From assembly GCF_000143415.4 (NCBI RefSeq), contig NW_003314466.1, positions 1 through 57,225 of the forward strand: a stretch of 57,225 bases of DNA, written 5' to 3'. The notes below the pieces were generated by a model. That model was not told where the DNA came from. It saw nothing but the letters and a program-made list of their open reading frames with translations, and searched no databases. Shown here piece after piece: positions 47,801 to 57,225 of this stretch. Made by a program: the position numbers and the translations under genes. The stretch comes from Selaginella moellendorffii. Lineage: Eukaryota; Plantae; Lycopodiophyta. The number at the start of each line of letters is the position of its first letter. The stretch's first letter is position 1.

Positions 47801-50800
47801 CTGTTGTAGATCCTTAGAGGGAAGATACAATCTTTCTTGTTTATAGAATATAAGCCCATCCCGAACCGAGAAGTGAAGCTTTGCATTGGTGCGGTTAGCA
47901 ACTTTCACTACCTCACTATCAGAGTTCTGCTTCGACAACTCTGCACGGCATAAGATTGCTTTCGCCAATGAATCACTTCCATACGAAGCCCAAACGTCCT
48001 CCAACCAGTCCAAACTGATTGCCGATATTGCCCAAAATTAAGCTTGACGACTGAACGCATCCGGAACAATATTGTCTTTACCAGGTTTATATATGATTTC
48101 AATATAATATCTAGAAAGCTTCTCTTGCCAACGAGCCTGCTTTGGCGTAAGCCTAGGCTGCATAATAAAGTAGCTTAGTGTGTTACTATCCGTATAAACC
48201 TTGGTATGTCCACCCAAGTAGTGTCTCCAGTGTTCTAGGGCCGACACTATAGCAAACATCTCTTTCTCATGCGTTGGCCATCTTCGTTGGGTCTCATCCA
48301 ATTTCTTGGAATAAAACACAACGGGACAACCATGTTGCCTTAGCGTAACACCCACCACTTTGTCACAATCTTGCTGTAACACGGCACCAATAGCATAACA
48401 AAATGCATCACAATGCACTTCGAAGGGTTTATCAAGATTTGGGATCCTGAGAACAAGAACCGTAGTCAAGATCTCCTTCAACCGTACAAAAGCATGCTAA
48501 CAAGCTAGTGTCCAGTGAAACGGAATACTACTCTTCATCAACTCAGTCAATGGAAGAGCAATTNNNNNNNNNNNNNNNNNNNNNNNNNNNNNNNNNNNNN
48601 NNNNNNNNNNNNNNNNNNNNNNNNNNNNNNNNNNNNNNNNNNNNNNNNNNNNNNNNNNNNNNNNNNNNNNNNNNNNNNNNNNNNNNNNNNNNNNNNNNNN
48701 NNNNNNNNNNNNNNNNNNNNNNNNNNNNNNNNNNNNNNNNNNNNNNNNNNNNNNNNNNNNNNNNNNNNNNNNNNNNNGCAACTTCTGAAACACCAGCTCC
48801 AAGTGTTTCAAATGATCCTCCAACATTTTGCTAAATACTAGAACATCGTCGATGTATAGGACAACAAATGTGTCCAAGTAATCTCTGAATATTCTATCCA
48901 TCATAGTGTTGAACGTTGCCGGAGCATTGCATAACCTGAACAGCATGACAAGGAACTCATAAGATCCATACCGATCCTTAAAGGCTGTCTTCTCCACATT
49001 CTGATTTGCCACCTGTATCTTATGATACCTGGACTGCAAATCAAGTCACGTAAAATACTTAGCCTTTAAGAGTTGGTCAAACAAGTCATCAATGCGAGGC
49101 AAAGGATAACTGTTTTTAACCGTGATCTTGTTGAATGCCCAATAGTCAATACACATCCTAATAGTTCCATCCTTTTTCATAACAAAAAGGACCGGCGCTC
49201 TATAAAGTGACTTGCTTGGTCATATATGACCTTTGTCAAGAAGATCCGTGAGTTGCTTCTTGAGTTCAGCCATCTCTTTGATGTTCAACCGATATGGAGC
49301 TTTTGTAGGTGGTTTAGAACCCAGAATAACCTCAATTCGATGATCAACCTCACGGCTAGGAGGTAGCCCTGGTGGCAAATCCTTTGGAAAGATATCTTGA
49401 TTCCTCACCAACAACTCCAATATCCTCTTTGGTACAGGATCAACCCCATCGCTGATTCGAACTGAGTCACCAACACCCTCAGCTTCCATCACTTGAACCC
49501 AAAAGGTCTGACATCCCCTCGTAGCTGCTTTTTGAGCGGCCCTCGCAGTCAGGAACTTTGCATCCCAATCCTTTTAGGAACGCTTTTGCAACTGAAAGGA
49601 TATATCAGGACATCCTTCTGACTTCAACGTGATATGACTTTGTCTAGCACCATAAATCCTTTTTATATACTTGTTGAAGAAATCCATACCAAACACCATC
49701 TAAAAATCTGGTATTTTCAACACTACCAAGTCCACTTTTTCTTTCCACTTGGATATCTTTATTGGAACATCGCTCATAAACTTTCTGGCTACTTGCCCAC
49801 CTTTCGCAAACTAGAAGTGCATAGGCGACATTTGCTCAGCATTCAATCTTAACAACTTAACTAAGTCTTCAGATATCATGTTGTGCGTAGCTCCCGTGTC
49901 AATCATCACTCGGATTCGGTGTCCATGGACAAAGCCTACTAGATACATCAACGGATCAGTATTTGCATTGAGTACATGAAAAGCTTGAGGAAAGCAATGA
50001 AAGTTACTCACCTCTTCTTCCTCATAGTCTGCATTGACCAACTTGTCAACCCCTTCAGCTTTACCACCACTGTCTTCCCTCATGACATTAACCCGAGACC
50101 TTGTCTTATGCTTGTTAAGACATTCCAAAGACCTATGTCCCAACTCTCCACAATGGAAGCAATGACCCACACTACCTATTCCGCTAGGAGCAAGTTTTGC
50201 AGATTGCTGCTACTTGCACCCACCAGGAGGAAGAACAGAGGGCCTAGGACCAGAAGAAGCTGCTGGTGGTCTCCAACCACCACCACCTTTGTTAACCGTT
50301 GCTTGTGAGCCTCCAGAGCGGAACCTGCCTTCCACACTCTATTTCCGATCACCTTGTTTATTCCTAGAATTTTTATTCTTATCTGAGTTACCAACATATG
50401 ATTGCTAATATTGTTCCATGAGCGAGTGACTAAAGGCAACTTGCTGCGCTGCCTCCTTACACTCCAAGTACGTCTTTGGCTTAAACTTCAAAATCTCATT
50501 ACAAGAAAGTGAACTTAAACCCTCCAGTTAATAACTCCGAGCATCTTCGTCACTCATATTTGCAATCATAATGCACTTCTGAGCAAACGCATTAACGTAA
50601 TGCATGAGATCCCCTCGTGCAACCAGGGGCAACTGTAGAACTTCATCGTCCTTAGAACTCGAAGAGGAGTCCGGTTGCTTAGGCTTAGCTGGTTTAGCTG
50701 CCTCAGCTTCTTTCTTCCTCTTCTTGTTCTCCTTCTTCAATTTGCGGACCTCCCTTTGCAATTCTCAATCTCGACTTCCTGAGCCGTATGTTGTAACGCC

Positions 50801-52037
50801 GCAGCATCTGGCTCTTCCTCTTCCGACTTAGCCTCAGCCTCTTCCACAGCATCTCTAGCAGGAGTTTCCTCCTCTCGATTCACCCATCTAGAGGTTTCAG
50901 CATCATCAGCACAGTTCCTCTTCACCATCCTGCTAGCTGCATGCATGCCTCTATTAGTAACTGAACATGCATACAATGTTCTTACCGAATGGTGCTATCC
51001 AACTAATCCTACATAGGTCGCTTCGGATCTACTAGAAAAGTCTCTGCGTATGCAACTTGAGTTAGAAAATCCGACAAAAGTTGGATAGGAATCGCTGAGA
51101 CAATCCTTTGATACCAAATGTAGCGCACTTGAATTTGGAGTCGAACTCCAAGCCCGTTGTGCTACGAATAAGGGTCCGGTACAATCCCACGAGCACTAGC
51201 TCCTCGTATCCAGCACCTACACGCAAAATGGTGTCAGACAGAGTCTGACACAATTTTGGCATACCGGTGGCCTAACATGAGGAGGAGGGTACTCCACCAA
51301 CTAGAGCAGCGTAGAACTTGGGTTTAGACCCAAGATGGATGCAAAATAAGGAGTGACACAGCCTAGCAGAAGCCAAACTAATGTCTTAGATGGTTAGACA
51401 TGCATTCTAACCACTATCCCTACTATACATTTAGAACCCCCCACAGCCCCCCCCCCCCTCTTTGAGGAACACACGCTTTGGGCTTTCACCCCAAGCCTCC
51501 TTTAGTACCAGGAATTAGTCTCTGGGACAAGCTCAAAACTTACTAAATATGGAATGTCTTTAGATTGAGAATTTGGACACAGGACAAATACTATTGTGTT
51601 CAGGACAATCTTTACATTCCGTAGATATGCTAAATGAACGAATCTAGACACTTTCCATAAATAGCATATGGGACCGAAATGAGACCAACACTAAGGGCAT
51701 GATAGCGAGGGTGTTTGGCAGACACGGTAAGCTATCATTTAGCAATATTGAGGGACTAGTCTCAATACGCAGGGGTTCTTGATACTAGCAAGTGCAAGCC
51801 AATAACAGGAGTTTCTTAAACTAGGCCAAGTATACTCAACAAGAAACACATAGAGTTCCTACCTTATGTTTATCCAATTTAAGTACACGATCATTGACCA
51901 GTTTCTCAACTAGCTCAAGTGGGAACAATAAAGGAAACCAACTGTACTGACCTTCTGCCATCATGGCAGTAAGGAAAGAGTGTCCATAAGGACTAGCCGA
52001 CAAGTATCTTTCGACACCTGAAGTCACATTCATGACA
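44891..52037 (-). mobile_element. Near-complete Ty3/gypsy chromovirus, pseudogenised
   Basis: LTRs 44891-45906 and 51119-52037, TSD CCCTA, Met PBS TGGTATCAAAG (~51106-51116), PPT at 45907-45920, gag-PR-RT-RH-INT-chromodomain order. Confidence 0.93.
46517..50976 (-). pseudogene. gag-pol polyprotein with C-terminal chromodomain
   Basis: CFHCGELGHRSLEC, MIDTGATHN, YIDDVLV, HDIPTAGH..CPIC, SDRDSRF, HPQTDGQTE, EYEV...YLVKWKGY...TWEP. Multiple stops. Confidence 0.92.
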
Positions 52038-55000
52038 CCCTACCCCTCAGGTCGAGCCTAGTGGGAGCAAACTGGACCAACCAGATGTCAATCAATATAC
52101 CTAGCCAACCAATAGTGTCGAACCTAACACCTCTCTAATACCAAATGTAAGCTCATGAATTTAAACTTCCCAAAAGGTCACCCAACCCAGTACTATTCAA
52201 ACCTAAGGATGCTTAACCCCAAATATCCCAAAACCCTTAACCAATTAGAAAATGGGGTGCACTCTTGTTCATGGATCATTTCTTGAGTCGTTCCCTTTGG
52301 TTGCTTACACTGTATATACTGATACAGAGAGAATAATAGGCGACCTCTTGTTATAAAAACGAGCTTGGAAAGTAAACATTGGATGAATTAATGCCAAATG
52401 AACCCCTTGATGATACTCCCAAAAGAAAGATGGAGGGGTCACTGACTTATTCATGCAAAGTCCCTCCATTACTCGCATGACTCCTTATTTCTCAGATGCA
52501 TCTCAGTGTCTAGACCTTCCACTGCATTAGCACTAATAGGACGTTGTTGATGCCAAGGTCTCCACGCAAGAAATAGAAGCTACCAATCCGGAAAATGCCA
52601 ACAATGCTGATAAGTGTGACTAACTTCATCACATGCCCAATAGCAAACATCACGGCCATGACCATGTCCTCGCCATTATCCTTGAACTCGAGCAGTAGCA
52701 ACATCAACCTCCATTGGAATAGGACCATCTCCCACAGAAAGTGGAGCTAAAACACATGTAGCAAGAAGTGGAAGAAATGACGTCTTATAACATTGTGATA
52801 AGTGAAAAGCATCATTAAGGGTGGTTGGAGCAAGTGCATGCACAAGTCCTATAATATCTTGACGAAGTGTTGACCATAACATTCTCAGCTTAATCCGCTC
52901 CAATATATTTGGCTTCACATGAAGCAAGAGGCTTTAGAAATGAATGCCAAATTACATCATCAACTTAGATGACCTTTGACGAAAACGATACAATTGGTGG
53001 AAGGCATTATCACAATTGTCAACATGTCCGAATGCGCATTTAAAAACGTTTGGGAGAATACTCCAATCCTTATGTGTGGTTGCACTCAAATTATTGTACC
53101 ACTACATCGCCATCCTTTGGAGATATGTGAGAAACTCACGCAAATATTGAGCATTATCCCAAGAATTATATGTGGCAATCACTGTGAAGTGATTGAATTA
53201 ATGGTACACATCATCCCCAGAATTCCCACGAAAAAACTCTAGCCAAACATAAGGATTGGCACCAAGAGCAAGAGGAATTGTACCACATGTCATTAATGCC
53301 ACCATCAATTAAGTTTGGTTATTCAATTGCAATTGCATAGCATCAAGCAATTGCATCAGCTACTGCACTAGAGTCAAAGGAGGAAGAGATTGTTGCTTTA
53401 CCATGAAGATGAATGAAAAGGAAAGAGCAAAAGAAAGAAATGAAAAAAAAAATATAAGGAAAGGGAGATCTAAATAATGCAAAAGCTAGATCTAAACGAA
53501 AATTCCGAAAGGAAAGAATAAAATAAGGAAATGGAAAAAGTTAGATCTAGATGATGTAAAAGTTATATCTAAACCAAAATACCAAATCTAAACACTTCTT
53601 AGGGACAATTAAAGGTGCTTCTCACTTCCACCAATGTGAATACATAGAATATGGAAAATGAATATAGAAAAAGTGTATATCAATTTGCCCAAAAACCTTG
53701 ATTATATACAGCAGTGAGTGGTTTGAATTGAAACCAATATGACATTTACCAAAATCCCACTACACTAATATTAGTATATGACATTGTAGCCACACACTTG
53801 GACCTCACATTATCAATTTTTCCTGATAATAATATTTTATTATTTATATTTTTATGTAACTTATACTCAGAAATAATTTCATTATAATAATTTTGGAAAT
53901 AGTGAAGCAATTTTAAGGAAAATAAATATGGATACATTAATTATTACATTTTTTATATTTTATAACAAAATCATTACCTTTAGATGGAACTACACCAGAA
54001 TGTTCTACATTTTATACATCCTATGTTGCAAGAATATTAACAATAGATATATTATTTACTATTATATTTAATAGTATAAATATGTCCAATAAACAATAAT
54101 GGTATTCATCAAATTAACAATGATAATACTAGACAGCTCATGTTTGAGTTGCTAGAGAAATTTATTTCCTATTAGAAATGCAAGAGCATCATATTTTATG
54201 AGTATTATTGTTCAACATGATATTGGTATTTTTGTAATATTATATCAAGTATAAGGATATACTCTTAGAATAACTCCTTATGATAATACTATTTCTCTTT
54301 CAATTCTATATAAGTTTTGTAATTTCTTAAAATCTAAATTATTTTGTGGATATAAAGGTTTATAATTTGCCACACATAATTCTAGTGAATTTTTAGCACA
54401 TTTTTATAAAGCATATTTATTTTAGTCCAAAACAATTATAATAGTGCTTTTTATTACAAAGATATAGTTTTATGGAATACTTATACATATGGAGAAAGTT
54501 TTGATTGTAAATTCAAATTGCAAGAAGATGGATTTTTTTTTTGTATTCAGCATTTTATTTGAAACCATTATATGCAAATGGAACTTATTGTAAGAAATTT
54601 TATTGTGTAAAACCATCAATGTTTATTTTACAGTTAGATTGTAATTTAGTTTTATATCAAGATGATAAACCTTCAATTCAAATGTGGTCAAGTAAAACAA
54701 AGTGTTATAATTAATATATTTAGAAACTAGAAATCTACTAATTAGTAATTTTATTTCTTTTGATATTTGTTTTTCTATTAAATTAAGTTTTGCTCACTCA
54801 AATCTCATTATGTTCAAGAGCATTTCATAACCACCCGATTAGTCTCTGATTCCCCCCATGCCATGGCTAACAAGTAAGCTTAACCATTCAATCTTCCATT
54901 TAGTTATCCTTTTTGAAGGATTGAATTTGGTTTTTCTTGATGGATCATAAGCCATTGAGCTTCCTAGAAGCACTCTTCTGTAAAAGAGGAAGGAAAAACT

Positions 55001-56099
55001 TTCACAAACCATGCCTAGAATAAACTCTTGAAAGTAGTATAGTATATCATGAACTATGAGCATGTATGGATATTGCTTATAAGTCTAGTGAGAGAGAGAG
55101 AAGAAAAATGATCATCAAAGTAGCAGAAAAACAGGAATCACTGATATGATTCTTAACACTGCCAGTCTAGACAAGGGATTTTATTTGATTTAAAGTTTTA
55201 GGAAAAATGACTTGGAATTATGGTATATGGTGTGACCTAGGTTTTTTAGGCCACCTTTTCACTATATCACTTTTCATTCTGTTTAGCAATTCTAGTTATT
55301 TTGAACATGTATTTTTACCAAAATTGTTCAATGCTTTCATTTTAATAATTGCCTATGTTTGATTCTAGGAATTTTGGCTTTAAGTTCCAATTGGTGAGAA
55401 TAAATATTTACTCACCCTGGTAGTACATAGTTCCAAATAGATTGGTGGCAACTCTAGCATTACTTTGGTGATGGTGATGATCATCCTTGGAGTGGTGAGA
55501 ACCTTTTGGCAGCCAAACTTGAGCTTGGCATATGGCCAAGTGCAGAATTCCAAGTACTACATCTCAAAGTTGCTAAGGGAGCTTGGTGTTGCTAGAGTGA
55601 AGGTATAGAGGTGCTCACACATGTGTTTTGGCAGAAGCCTTGGACTTGTACATCTTGAGTAGCCATCTTGAGAAGCTGTAGACATGGTGAGTAGAGTCAT
55701 GCTGCAGCAATAAGAAAATTGGTGACGTACATGACTTGTACCTCTAGTGTGCTACATGAGTGACACAGGTTTTCCCATGGAATGAGTAAACATCAAGGTA
55801 AACATGTTAGACATATTGGTGTCACTAGATAATAGAAATCCTGGTTTGTGTTAGCTACAAAAGAGAACCAAGTACATAAAGAAACAACTTCTTTTCTCAA
55901 ACCTCGTATATATATTGGTTTTTGGGACAAGCTGAGTGTGGACATATTTGCTCATAGGATTTGGATGTTGTGCTTATGCCTCTCATGACCACTCAAGCTT
56001 GTGAGAAGATCAAGCATATCTAAGCCTCTAACCCTTGCAACCTTTGTATCTATAGTGAATTTTTACCCAAGAATAAAAATAAAGCTTATTATTTGATTC

Positions 56100-56750
56100 A
56101 ATGGAATATATATGTACATTCCCTAATGAAGTGTGATTCATGGTCAACAATGATGGGAGGCACTCCAAAGCAACAACATAAGTCATAGATGAAGTTCATT
56201 GTGGCTTTTTTATCTACTAAGATCACTGAGACCACTTTGTGTAGTAATCTGTGATGACAATGATATAAAGATGGTGATTTTGCACTATGGAAATGGTCCA
56301 ATCCTCATTGAGTGAATGGACCTTCCAGCATGATGGGAACTAAGGATAATAGTGATCATATTGAGTTTTTTGGAACTTCTGGCATGGCAGACAACACTAG
56401 ACAAAGCACTTATCATTGCCAAAAAGAGTCAACCAGAAATACCATGATTGCTTTGAAAAGAAAAGTGATAAAAGATAGCCACTACATGAGTCACAATTTA
56501 TGATAATTGCAGGGACCTCCTTTTCTATAACACATTACAACAATACACCATCATTATATCTCTTATAAAGGTGTCTGCCAAGAAGAATATAACCAACTAG
56601 TTGCCCTTTGAAAATGATATCAGCTTGATGCCAAATTGTTCTCAAACAATTGAGCCTTGGGTGTTGCAATGATGTCAGAATACCATGGCTTGTCATGGCT
56701 AATGTAGTTCAGCACCTCATCTGGAAAAGGCTGCTCAGGCTGCTAGTTAT
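56100..56750 (-). mobile_element. Highly decayed gypsy integrase fragment
   Basis: Remnant motifs CVVCH, GPFTQ*GLD, YIIVITDYYTKW, CFGVPPIIV. Confidence 0.6.
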
Positions 56751-57225
56751 CAATTTTCTTTGTTCTAGGTAACAAAAACATAATATTGCTTCCATCAAAG
56801 ACTTTTCCTTTCTCAACTACCATGGAAAAGTCATATTCTTACAAAAGAAATCTAGCAACTGTGTTTTGGAGGACATGGAAAAGTCATACTCTTACAAGAG
56901 AAATCTAGTAACTGTGTTTTTGGAGGACTGGCTAGTGCAGCAAGTAAATCATTAGATGTAAATGCACTTGAAATACTATGTGGCAAGCAAGCAAGTAGTG
57001 GCGAAGCTGCTAGAAAGCATACACTACAAAGCCCATAAGATACTCCATCTCAGTCCAAAGGAGCTCATCATCAGTTAAGTGGTGTTTAGTGAAGTAAATG
57101 GCATGAGGTTTGCCATCATAATCCTACTGATACAACACTGTCTCATATGCTCCATCCAAGAGAGAGACTATAAAGATGGAAGTTTTTATCCCATTGTGGT
57201 GGCTGAAGCGTCAAGGTACAACAAA

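Larger units (their letters stand above)
44607..52309 (-). mobile_element. Cassandra TRIM split by the chromovirus insertion
   Basis: LTRs 44607-44800 and 52146-52309, near-TSD CTATA/CTGTA. The internal domain is split at CCCTA. Confidence 0.85.
43565..53635 (-). mobile_element. Decayed Ty3/gypsy element (gag ~52500-53400, RT ~43570-44160) hosting a Cassandra and a chromovirus
   Basis: RT (FCINYLPLNKVT, WFTKLDLTSGY), gag remnants (GPIPMEVD, knuckle remnant), PBS-like TGGTGGAAGTGAG at ~53633 (-). Confidence 0.65.

Noticed and set aside
57098-57116. ATGGCATGAGGTTTGCCAT resembling the 22-bp palindrome
   Set aside because: Single 19-bp copy with wrong spacing, far from the cassette; probably chance.

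Overview
Eukaryotic (plant) repeat-dense window with no recognisable intact host gene. The 5S-carrying Cassandra TRIMs, chromoviruses and 40-65 nt GT-AG introns suggest a non-seed land plant such as Selaginella (inference). Most of it is nested retroelements: decayed Ty3/gypsy copies, a 5'-truncated LINE, a gag-only LTR element with an extra upstream ORF (10498-15322), three Cassandra loci, solo LTRs and a near-complete chromovirus (44891-52037). The standout is a ~15.5 kb, more GC-rich cassette (~23.5-39.1 kb) inside a gypsy pol. It carries a Sola-like DDD transposase (+) and, divergently (-), a multi-exon gene with a ParB/Spo0J-like N-terminal domain plus HTH-like segment, a degenerate beta-class amino-methyltransferase-like domain, and a downstream FCP1-like HAD ORF. 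About 25 copies of a 22-bp palindrome (ATGGCRTGWGGCCWCAYGCCAT) are confined to this cassette, several inside tiny introns. A 192-bp hairpin lies upstream of the transposase, and a Penelope-like RT element has inserted into it with a 123-bp target duplication. Working hypothesis: a ParB/parS-like self-recognition system carried by a eukaryotic DNA transposon. All domain calls are by-eye motif recognition, not database searches.
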